This document shows, piece after piece, positions 45,822-54,134 of a stretch of DNA of 64,000 nucleotides; position 1 is the first letter of the stretch, and each line of letters starts with the position of its first letter. Location of the stretch: the IMG/VR virus record IMGVR_UViG_3300030419_003252, positions 20,544 through 84,543 of that record. One strand, written 5' to 3'. The translations under genes and the position numbers were made by a program. Source of the DNA: a virus. The notes under the pieces were generated by a model. It was not told the origin of the DNA, searched no databases, and saw only the letters and a program-made list of their open reading frames with translations.

Positions 45822-45887
45822 TACCTATCTCCACGGGAGGTAAGACTGAGGGAAGGGAGTTGAACCCCTCCTTAAAACCCACTCAGT
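45822..45887 (-). ncRNA. tRNA-mimic junction element U6
   Basis: ACTGAG-TGGGTTTTAA-GGAGGGG TTCAACT CCCTTCC-CTCAGT-CT-TACCT...TGGAG..AGGTA. Confidence 0.75.
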
Positions 45888-46017
45888 TAGTTGGTACATA
45901 TGAATGCCATGAGCCGCTGTAATGATGAGTAGCAAAGGCCATTCCTATGCAGAAGACTGCAAATGGAATTGGATGCTCGTCAATCATGTAAGCGAAAGCT
46001 GCAAAGATGCGATTCAT
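45883..46017 (-). CDS. First early gene, small hydrophobic protein (44 aa)
   Basis: AGGAG SD; MNRIFAAFAY...; stop inside U6 acceptor-like strand. Confidence 0.55.
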   Translation of the reverse strand: MNRIFAAFAYMIDEHPIPFAVFCIGMAFATHHYSGSWHSYVPTN

Positions 46018-46051
46018 TTAAGTAACTCCTTGAGTTGAAGTGAACAAAAGC

Positions 46052-46083
46052 CTGGGCTTACAACTGCTTACGCAGAACGCCAG
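46052..46083 (-). promoter_or_regulatory. GUAAG bulged hairpin (family B, copy 6, divergent)
   Basis: CTGG-CGTT-CTGC GTAA GCAG-TTGTAAGC-CCAG. Confidence 0.55.
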
Positions 46084-46146
46084 AGTTATTACAGTTCTAT
46101 ATAACGTTTGTCAGGCGACGATTCTCTCCCCAATTTCGGGCGCAAC

Positions 46147-46188
46147 TGTGGAAAAACTCAGGGATTTTGTGGAAAAACCTGTGGAATT
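46147..46188. promoter_or_regulatory. Cluster of cyanobacterial-type DnaA boxes (TTTTCCACA on - strand)
   Basis: TGTGGAAAA at 46147 and 46168, TGTGGAATT at 46180, all same orientation. Confidence 0.55.
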
Positions 46189-46287
46189 CAGAGGAGAATG
46201 TCTGTGAAACGGAACATTCGACTCGGCGCGTTCTCTTCGCCGAAATCGGCGGCGTTCACCACGTCTCGTCGGTGAGAATGTATAAGT

Positions 46288-46312
46288 AGGGGGCTTCGCC
46301 CTTTCTTTTTTT
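46288..46312 (+). terminator. Intrinsic terminator candidate
   Basis: AGGGGGC-TTC-GCCCTTT hairpin followed by CTTTTTTT. Confidence 0.55.
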
Positions 46313-46505
46313 CTATGCGGGTTTATATTCAGGAGGCTGTTGGGAGACTACTCAGATAATTTTTCACCCTATTTGAGGTATACACGGCCCAATTTTTTGA
46401 ACAAAAAGTCTAATTTTGTAGCGAAATTCCCCAATTAGCCCAAGAATGGGGCCAAAAAGTGCGGATGCTAAATATTACTTAACCTAAATATTACTAATCG
46501 TTGAC

Positions 46506-46715
46506 TTATACAAGTACGTTCTTATATTTACCTGCAGCTTTTACAGCTTTACGGAAAGCTTCTTCATCTGGAACTTCAAATGCGAGTTCTCTTTTAGCAG
46601 AATTGATAAAATCTTTAACGGTAAGGTCATCTTCACCACCAACGGACATTTCCAAAGCCTTATCCTTTATGGCTTCCATCGCCTCCACTCTCTTCATTCG
46701 TGTATTAGCGTCCAT
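46506..46715 (-). CDS. Hypothetical protein
   Basis: Helical 69 aa ORF with normal composition. Confidence 0.6.
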   Translation of the reverse strand: MDANTRMKRVEAMEAIKDKALEMSVGGEDDLTVKDFINSAKRELAFEVPDEEAFRKAVKAAGKYKNVLV

Positions 46716-46816
46716 AAATCTATTGATTTGTCTTATCTACTAATAATAATCGCACTATTTTTTAGATTTGTGAAGAATAGAATGATTACAAGGAAAATAT
46801 TGGATAAGAAGCTGAT

Positions 46817-49528
46817 ATGGCTGTCTCACCTGCAGATTTTTACGCATATAGCCAAGCGACGGGTACACCAGTGCCTCAAGATAAGAGATCTCAAGCATTA
46901 TTAGCACCAGCAGTCTTTCAATGGCGTAAATCACAACTTCAACGTGCAGAAAATGAAGGAAATGTTGTAGATACCGTAGGAAAAGTAGCATTAGGAGCAG
47001 GAGCCTTGGCAGGAGGTGGATTTGGTGCTCGTCGTTTAGTTCGAGCATTACGATCTTCACCTCAAACTGCTCAAAAAGTTGCGGATACAGTTACAGATGA
47101 AGCTGCAGTTAGAAATGCTGCAGCAGGAGTGATAGATACTAGAAATCGTTCTGGAACAGTTGATTTAAGTCAGAAGAAACAAAGCTTAGATAATTTAGTA
47201 GCAGAGCAAGCCTTGGATGCAGGTCAATCTTCATCCGACCAGTTAGATCAAATAGCTGAAAGTGCATTACAAAGAGATACTGATTCTATTAAATATGGCA
47301 AGGCACAAGTTTTACAAGAAGAAATAAGAGATGCTCAGATCCGTGAAACAAAACCTGGCTTTACTCCAGACTATACAAAGAAAGGACTTACTCAAGCAGA
47401 TCTTGATGTACTTAATCAAACACAAGTAGGAAAAGTTTTACAGTCAGAAAGATATGGAGGAGAACTATCACCTCAAGGTGATATTGAAATACGTACACGT
47501 TCAGGTAGTGAAGGTTTAAGTGCAGCTAGTACTTCTGCTGTATATACAACTGATTCCTTAAAAGCAAGACCTGGTATTACAGGACAAGAAATTAGAGATC
47601 GTACTCTTGCAGCAGCTAAGTTTGATCGTGGTAGTACAGAACAAAATTTGTTATTAAATCCAAATGTAGCAACAGAAGACGTTAGAGATTTATTAACAAC
47701 AACTTATGTTGAAACTCCAAGAGGTGGTTACATTAATCCTACGGATGAAGTTATAGGTGGTGCAAGAGCATCTATGACAGAGGTAGATAATTTAGTTGAT
47801 GATGCTCTTATAGGATCTTCTACACCTGAAAATTTAGAAGCACAAATGAGTTCTGCAGGGTTCTTAGATGAGTTTATAGATAAAGATATGGATGGAAGTC
47901 GAGGAGTTGTAGGTACAGGCGGTCCTTTACGTGAAACTAAATCTTATGTTGAAAGAATACGAGGTAAAGGAACAACAAATGTACCTGGACAAGTTGAATT
48001 AGTTGATTCTCCAGGAACTATTGGTTCTACAAGACAAGAACGTCAATTAGATGAAGTTATATCAACTCGCTCTGATGCAGGAGAAGTAGGTACAGGTGTT
48101 TTATTTAAAGATGATCCAGAAATATCTGTTTTAGATACAATTACTGATAAGCCTAGAACAACAAAACAGACTGATGTACTTGATAGACAATTAACTTTAG
48201 AAGGTAGTGCAAAGAGAGATTTATCTGCTTGGGCAAATGATCCACGCTATTTAAATGAATATGGAGAAGTTGATCCTAAGAAGATTCCTCTTCGTGAAAG
48301 ATTACAAGCTCCATTAATTTCAAATGATGTAAATATTGAAGGTAGTAAGAAAGTAGGAAATATTGAGTCGGTAGCTCCTGAACAAGCTTTCACATTAGGT
48401 CAGCAAGCTGATGGATCAAATATTAGTATTATTCAAGGTACACAAAAAGATCCTAATAGATTAATTGTTGTTAGAAATCAAAGAGGTCAAGGTGGAAAAC
48501 CTATTACCCAACAAATATGGGATATGCCAGAGGCAGATAATCTTTTAACTTTCAATCAAACTATAGAGTCAGGTTCTGATGTTCTTAATACACAACCATA
48601 TATGTTTGGGGTGGTTGAAAGAGATCCTAGAACAGGGCAAGAATATCTTGGTACAAGAGCGAAAAGAGGTCCTTTATTACAACGTGTGACTAATACTAGA
48701 GGTCAAACTGAATTAAGACCTACGCAAGTTAGTCGTAGTGACTTAAAGAATATAGCTGATCAAGCCTCAACTAGATGGGAAGCACCTGGAGTTAAACAAG
48801 CATGGATGGAAGCGAATGCTCCTGAAGCAGTTGATCCAAGAACAAAAGCTTTTGTCGAAAAGCCTTATCATAAGAATACATTTATTGCTCAACAACTTAA
48901 GCAACAATTAGCACAAGGCAAAGTTGTTAAAAAAGCAGATATTCCTATTGTTAAGACAAAACCTATGCTTACTGGAGATGGGCGTGTTCTTCCTGGACAA
49001 AATATTGCAATAGGTCCTGCAGGTCCAGAGAAGACGACAAGAGTTGGACAAATTGATTTACCAGTATTAGACGATACTAGAAGTGGAGCTGCTGATCGTT
49101 TTGTTCAAGATTTAATGCGAACAAGTGGTGATTCAGAATTTAGAGGTAGACCACTTCCAGAAGGTCCAAACTTAAGAGCACGAAAAAAATTAGTTGATTG
49201 GGAAGCAGATAAAGTTGTTGTTCCTGGTGTTACTAGAGAGACAAAAGGATTAGGAGGTATTGATCCTATGCAATTAGAAGATGCAGCTTCTTCTGAGAAT
49301 GTTGCATACTTTACTCCTCGATTAGAAAGTAAACCTCCACAACAGAAACCTGATACTTTACCTTCACAACGTAAGGAGTTATGGGATGTAGGTAATCCTG
49401 CACCTCCTAGAGTTGCTTCACAAGATAGTATTGATGATTTAAATTTAAAGGTAGATAATTTAGCTAACTCGTTATTAAATCAAAGTGCTAAATCTGCACG
49501 TAGAGCTGGCAAAAGGAGGGGACGCTAA
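46817..49528 (+). CDS. Large putative internal virion (ejection) protein
   Basis: 903 aa; N-terminal Gly/Ala-rich hydrophobic segment; heads the + strand virion arm. Confidence 0.55.
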   Translation: MAVSPADFYAYSQATGTPVPQDKRSQALLAPAVFQWRKSQLQRAENEGNVVDTVGKVALGAGALAGGGFGARRLVRALRSSPQTAQKVADTVTDEAAVRNAAAGVIDTRNRSGTVDLSQKKQSLDNLVAEQALDAGQSSSDQLDQIAESALQRDTDSIKYGKAQVLQEEIRDAQIRETKPGFTPDYTKKGLTQADLDVLNQTQVGKVLQSERYGGELSPQGDIEIRTRSGSEGLSAASTSAVYTTDSLKARPGITGQEIRDRTLAAAKFDRGSTEQNLLLNPNVATEDVRDLLTTTYVETPRGGYINPTDEVIGGARASMTEVDNLVDDALIGSSTPENLEAQMSSAGFLDEFIDKDMDGSRGVVGTGGPLRETKSYVERIRGKGTTNVPGQVELVDSPGTIGSTRQERQLDEVISTRSDAGEVGTGVLFKDDPEISVLDTITDKPRTTKQTDVLDRQLTLEGSAKRDLSAWANDPRYLNEYGEVDPKKIPLRERLQAPLISNDVNIEGSKKVGNIESVAPEQAFTLGQQADGSNISIIQGTQKDPNRLIVVRNQRGQGGKPITQQIWDMPEADNLLTFNQTIESGSDVLNTQPYMFGVVERDPRTGQEYLGTRAKRGPLLQRVTNTRGQTELRPTQVSRSDLKNIADQASTRWEAPGVKQAWMEANAPEAVDPRTKAFVEKPYHKNTFIAQQLKQQLAQGKVVKKADIPIVKTKPMLTGDGRVLPGQNIAIGPAGPEKTTRVGQIDLPVLDDTRSGAADRFVQDLMRTSGDSEFRGRPLPEGPNLRARKKLVDWEADKVVVPGVTRETKGLGGIDPMQLEDAASSENVAYFTPRLESKPPQQKPDTLPSQRKELWDVGNPAPPRVASQDSIDDLNLKVDNLANSLLNQSAKSARRAGKRRGR

Positions 49529-49749
49529 TGGCTGAAAAAAAGAAAAGTAAAAAGAAGTGGATAGGAGATGCCATTAGTCGCCCTGGTGCTTTTACAGCGA
49601 AAGCGAAAAAGAAGGGTATTACTTCTGCACAGCTTCAAGAAAACGTTTTAGCCAACCCAGATGACTATGACGAAAAAACGGTGAAGCAAGCCAACTTACG
49701 TAAAACCCTAGTAAGTTTAAATAAGAATAAAAAGTCTAAAAAAGAATGA
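49528..49749 (+). CDS. Small basic conserved phage protein
   Basis: KWI..AI.RPGAFT.KAKK.G...QANL.KTL. Confidence 0.7.
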   Translation: MAEKKKSKKKWIGDAISRPGAFTAKAKKKGITSAQLQENVLANPDDYDEKTVKQANLRKTLVSLNKNKKSKKE

Positions 49750-50393
49750 AAGATTCCAGACTTGATTTAGGACGCTATATCAGTAATCCCTTTAATAGAA
49801 GGGGACAGATGCCTAAGCGTTTAGATTTTGATGATCTGTTTTCTTCAAAAGCTAGAGAAGGAGAATATCCTTGGAACCCTTCAAGATTTGGAACCAAAGA
49901 TTTATTAAAGCGATCACAAACTCGCAAAATGAATTTAAACCCTGATTTGAATTTTGTTGGGAACTCACCATTCTTTGATGAAAATCCTGAAAAAATAAAT
50001 TCTGATTATGAATTATTTGAAGGTCTTGGCAGATTTAATCGACCATTTGATTATGACTTTGATGAAGGTAGACCATTAACAAAACAACGTCCACAACAAC
50101 AACCAGACTTTAATCCTATGTGGAAAGAGGCTTATGATTTTAGTCCAACTTTAAGTCCTGAAAAATCTTCTAAGAACCCAATGCCTCGCATGCGCAACCC
50201 TGATCCAAATGGATACCTCATGCGTGTAGCTGAAGCAGATGTTGAAAATGAATTTGAAGGTAATAAATCTGTTGCTCAATTACTTAGCAAAGCAGGTGGA
50301 AGAGTTAATCAAGTTGCTAAAGAACAAGAAGAAGCACAAGGTAAAAAATCAATTGATGAAGCAAAGGATAGTCCAGATAAAATAGATAAATAA
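49746..50393 (+). CDS. Hypothetical virion-arm protein
   Basis: ATGA coupling. Confidence 0.65.
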   Translation: MKDSRLDLGRYISNPFNRRGQMPKRLDFDDLFSSKAREGEYPWNPSRFGTKDLLKRSQTRKMNLNPDLNFVGNSPFFDENPEKINSDYELFEGLGRFNRPFDYDFDEGRPLTKQRPQQQPDFNPMWKEAYDFSPTLSPEKSSKNPMPRMRNPDPNGYLMRVAEADVENEFEGNKSVAQLLSKAGGRVNQVAKEQEEAQGKKSIDEAKDSPDKIDK

Positions 50394-50408
50394 TCGGAGA
50401 GAATACTT

Positions 50409-50975
50409 GTGGCGTGGGGACAAGCATTAAAATTAGCTGGTAGAGGTGCTCTCAGATCTATGAGAGATCCAATTGGTAGAGAGTTAGTAAGACAATCAAT
50501 TCCTGGCGCAGTTTTAAATGCAGGAGCTACAACATTATTTACAGGTAATCCATTACTAGGACTAGCTTCTGGAGGATTAGATTTTGCAGGAAGTGCAGGA
50601 ATGTCAAGAGGAATGCATCACTTAGGCGTAAAACATAAGTTACCTTGGTTAGTAGGAAGCACAGATAAAGTCACAAATCAAGTTACAGGAAAAGTTAGAG
50701 ACATGTATACTCCAAGCGTTGTTCAAAATATTGGAATATATGGAACAAGTTTCGGAGCACCAATGGCTGTAGAAGGTATGTTTATGAATCGTCAACCTGG
50801 TGCTATGCAACTAGCAGGACAAGGAGGATCTATTAATCAACAAGTTGGACAAAGACAAGCAATTAATAATTTACGTAGCGAACAGTTAGCAAGAAATACA
50901 ATGTATCAAACTGGTGGTTTACCTTATCGAGTTACTCATCAGTATGCCGATGACATCGTGAGAGGGATTACTTAA
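50409..50975 (+). CDS. Gly-rich putative internal virion protein
   Basis: Gly-rich hydrophobic segments. Confidence 0.55.
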   Translation: MAWGQALKLAGRGALRSMRDPIGRELVRQSIPGAVLNAGATTLFTGNPLLGLASGGLDFAGSAGMSRGMHHLGVKHKLPWLVGSTDKVTNQVTGKVRDMYTPSVVQNIGIYGTSFGAPMAVEGMFMNRQPGAMQLAGQGGSINQQVGQRQAINNLRSEQLARNTMYQTGGLPYRVTHQYADDIVRGIT

Positions 50976-51958
50976 TGAACCCTATTAAGTATTTACAATC
51001 TTTAGGTGATTCTTATAAGCAAGGATTTCAAGCAGCCAATATTCGGATGCTTAAAAAGGGTGATAGGACTCATGGAATATTACCTGTTCAAAAAAGAACT
51101 AGAGAATTTTATAGATACTTAGGAGAAGATGTACCTGCATTTGAACATCCAATGCCAGGTGGTCAACCAGCTAAAAAATATGAAGCTTCTAAAGGAATAA
51201 AAGTAACAGAACCAGTTAAATATGCAGGTGCTTTAGGAGCACGTTTATTAACTGATCTTTCAGAAGATGCCACTCGTCATTTGTATTGGAGGCATAACCA
51301 TCCAATGGCAATTGCTGATCGTATTTCAGATGCAGTTGTTGGAGATCGTTTATATAAGGCTGGTTATACTCCTACCCAAAGAGCAGCGATTACCTTGGCT
51401 GGTATTGGAGCACCTACCGCTGCTTCTCTTGGAGTATGGGATATTACAAATCCAGGAGAACAATTTAGACCAAAAGGTTATGCACAAAGCTATGCAGATG
51501 TAGGTTCAGAAGATCGTAGAAAAACTGGACAACCTGGATTAGAAACTGTAGAACGTATGGTCTTAGGTAGACGTGGTAGACCATTAAAATATGAAACAGC
51601 TAAAGCAGAAATTCCTAATTTAACTCCACAAAAATATAGTCAATTTATGCGTGACTATTACCAAAATAAAGGACTAACTGGTTTAGGTTTAGTGAAAGGA
51701 ACAATGGAAAATATTGAAGGTCATCCTGAATTAAGGATCATAGGATTCCCTGTTGGCCTACAAGCCGCTGGAGCATTAGCTGGAGGCACAACTGCTATTC
51801 GTGCTGCTTTACCTAAAGGAGGAAGTCCTAGAGCACGTATGGTTATGGCTGCTGGTGCTTTAGGTGCAGGTGGTGGTATGGCTGCAGGTAAGTTAACTAA
51901 CATGGCGATTGCAGCTGCTAACAGACCTACCTATCCTTCAACATACAATTATCAATAG
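50975..51958 (+). CDS. Putative internal virion protein with glycine-zipper C-terminus
   Basis: AAGALAGG and AAGALGAGGGMAAG segments. Confidence 0.55.
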   Translation: MNPIKYLQSLGDSYKQGFQAANIRMLKKGDRTHGILPVQKRTREFYRYLGEDVPAFEHPMPGGQPAKKYEASKGIKVTEPVKYAGALGARLLTDLSEDATRHLYWRHNHPMAIADRISDAVVGDRLYKAGYTPTQRAAITLAGIGAPTAASLGVWDITNPGEQFRPKGYAQSYADVGSEDRRKTGQPGLETVERMVLGRRGRPLKYETAKAEIPNLTPQKYSQFMRDYYQNKGLTGLGLVKGTMENIEGHPELRIIGFPVGLQAAGALAGGTTAIRAALPKGGSPRARMVMAAGALGAGGGMAAGKLTNMAIAAANRPTYPSTYNYQ

Positions 51959-52007
51959 ATATGTACACTGATAAAATAAATATATTAGATCAGAAATGAA
52001 AAATTAA

Positions 52008-52715
52008 ATGGGCATATATTCTGACTATTGGAGTGGAGCATCTTTAAGGCAGCCTACAGTTGTGCAAAACACTGGAGGGACACCAGATCCATTTACATAT
52101 CAGATGTTAATGGGTGGAGTAAATAAACCAAATCAATGGATTAATCAAGGACTTGCAGGATTTTTTCCAAAGACAGCAAATGTAAGAGGATTATCTGGAT
52201 TAGCTCCAGGTATGCAAGGACCTGTTACTAAAGCTGCCTTAATGAAAGGTGGTATGAATGTTGCTCGATTAGGTGGTAGAAGAATTCCAATTCTTGCAGG
52301 TGGTATTCAAGCTTTGAGTGGTGATCCTATTGGAGGAATTGGTACTGCAGGTGGTGGAATAATAGGAGGAATGTTAGGAGCACCTCTAGGACCTGTTGGT
52401 GTTGCGGCAGGTTCAATTATTGGTTCATCTATTGGTTCTGGTCTTGCTAAAGGTACAGCTAATACTGTAGGCGGTATTGTAGGCATTAATCCTAATGATC
52501 CTTTAAGTGGTCCTGATTGGAATATTGGTCCATTTGCTGTAACACCTTATGCAAAAACTAAGAAGAGAACTAGAAGAGGAATTGAATTAGCTAGAATGCA
52601 AATGCCTTTATACGATGAAATTGAAGATAAAAGAAATGAACGTCTAATGCAAAGAGATATGCTCCAACAACGTGCTCAGTTGGTCAGCAATATTCTTACT
52701 TCATCACCATATTGA
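52008..52715 (+). CDS. Glycine-zipper putative internal virion protein
   Basis: GxxxG array GGIGTAGGGIIGGMLGAPLGPVGVAAGSIIGSSIG. Confidence 0.6.
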   Translation: MGIYSDYWSGASLRQPTVVQNTGGTPDPFTYQMLMGGVNKPNQWINQGLAGFFPKTANVRGLSGLAPGMQGPVTKAALMKGGMNVARLGGRRIPILAGGIQALSGDPIGGIGTAGGGIIGGMLGAPLGPVGVAAGSIIGSSIGSGLAKGTANTVGGIVGINPNDPLSGPDWNIGPFAVTPYAKTKKRTRRGIELARMQMPLYDEIEDKRNERLMQRDMLQQRAQLVSNILTSSPY

Positions 52716-52725
52716 GGACATAATA

Positions 52726-53490
52726 ATGAGCGAACAAAAGTTAGTTAATCCTAAAGGCAATTGGTTCCAAAGATTTGCAAAAGAATGGGGTAAAACTAAT
52801 ATGCTTCAAAAGATGGGTCTACAACATGATCCTAATCAAAAGCATTTTGGAATAAATCCTTTAATGGCGAATCCTATTACTGCAGGTATAGGAATAACTT
52901 CATGGGCTTTACAAAAAGCAAATAGAGATCATACAGGTACAGATACTGTAGTTGAAGATGGGATACTTAAAGCGAAAGATAGACCAGGTAATTTGATGAG
53001 AGGAATAACAGGAACAGCTGATTTTGTTGGAGATTTAACTGGACAATCATGGGATTTTGATAGACAAGGACAATGGTTTGGAAATCAAGGAAAAGCAGAA
53101 GAAGGAAAAATAGGAAGTCTTGCACCTAATTATGAAATAATTGGAGGTCAAGTTCAAGCTAAAAAAAATACACAATTAAAACCAGGAGAAAACGAAGGAG
53201 GTGAATTAATGTCGGAAAGTGATATAGAAGACGAGGAAAGAGAAGACTTTGATAAATGGCAGGAGAAATTAAAAGAAACAGAAGCGGCTGGTAATCGTTT
53301 AGCTGATAGAAACTTAATTAGGAAAAATATTGCAGCTCTTCCTGCATTAATGGCAGCTGGTAATTTAGGTGTTGCTGATGCTGCTAGACATCATTCAGAA
53401 CAGACTGTAAAGGCAATGGCTCATATCCCACAATTACAATTAGCTTCTATGTCTTATCAGCCAATGATCAATTATTCATTAGGTCGATAA
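52726..53490 (+). CDS. Hypothetical virion-arm protein
   Basis: GAGG SD before MSEQKL. Confidence 0.6.
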   Translation: MSEQKLVNPKGNWFQRFAKEWGKTNMLQKMGLQHDPNQKHFGINPLMANPITAGIGITSWALQKANRDHTGTDTVVEDGILKAKDRPGNLMRGITGTADFVGDLTGQSWDFDRQGQWFGNQGKAEEGKIGSLAPNYEIIGGQVQAKKNTQLKPGENEGGELMSESDIEDEEREDFDKWQEKLKETEAAGNRLADRNLIRKNIAALPALMAAGNLGVADAARHHSEQTVKAMAHIPQLQLASMSYQPMINYSLGR

Positions 53491-53562
53491 CTTTAGGTTT
53501 AAAGGTACTAAACTAGATAGGAGTATTAGCTGACCCATTAATACTTATGAAACAGGGTACAT

Positions 53563-54132
53563 ATGAGATTTCTAACCAATCTTTTTGGAGGACAGAATGA
53601 CAATAAAAAGTCTAAAAGTGACTCCTCTGGTAATGGAGGTGGGTTTGGTGGGTTATTGGGAGGCCAGGGAGGAGGGGATATGTGGGGTGCAATAGGTAGT
53701 TCTTTAATTAGCGGAATATTTGCTGGTCGAGCTGCTTCTCAGCAAGCAAATGCTCAGATGCGCATGACAGAAGCGCAAGATAGAAGATTTAATAATATGA
53801 TCCTCGAAAATCGAGGGATAGGTAAGTTAAAAATTGCGAATGCATTGTGGCAGGATTGGGCCAATGATCGCATGCAAAATAATAATTTAGAAAGACAAAA
53901 AGATGCTGCATTGTTTGAAGCTAAAACATTAGCTCCTTGGCAAAATGCTGCTGAAGTTGATCGAGCGGAACGACTGACAAACTTTGCTTTAAGTGAAGAT
54001 GCAACAGAACAAAGACGACGACAAAATGTTGCGCAGCTTGGTGCTAATCTATTAAATAAACGTGCAACTATGGCAGGATTATTTGGTGAAACTTATATGG
54101 ATCAAAGAGATTATCAAAGAGCGAGGACTTAA
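53563..54132 (+). CDS. DNA-pilot/ejection-like protein
   Basis: Gly-rich N-terminus, AIGSSLISGIFAG hydrophobic segment, Q/A/N-rich helical remainder. Confidence 0.55.
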   Translation: MRFLTNLFGGQNDNKKSKSDSSGNGGGFGGLLGGQGGGDMWGAIGSSLISGIFAGRAASQQANAQMRMTEAQDRRFNNMILENRGIGKLKIANALWQDWANDRMQNNNLERQKDAALFEAKTLAPWQNAAEVDRAERLTNFALSEDATEQRRRQNVAQLGANLLNKRATMAGLFGETYMDQRDYQRART

Positions 54133-54134
54133 TT

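Noticed and set aside
44259-45887. True tRNA genes suggested by GGTTCGATTCC-type T-arms
   Set aside because: No D-arm/anticodon arm of proper size and no 7-bp acceptor; reported as tRNA mimics instead.
44259-45887. CRISPR-like array or integron attC cassettes
   Set aside because: Repeats are conserved in structure rather than sequence, spacers are whole genes, no cas or integrase is seen, and there are no consistent RYYYAAC/GTTRRRY ends.
46215-46280. Hammerhead ribozyme
   Set aside because: CUGANGA and GAAA cores are not present in the correct arrangement on either strand.
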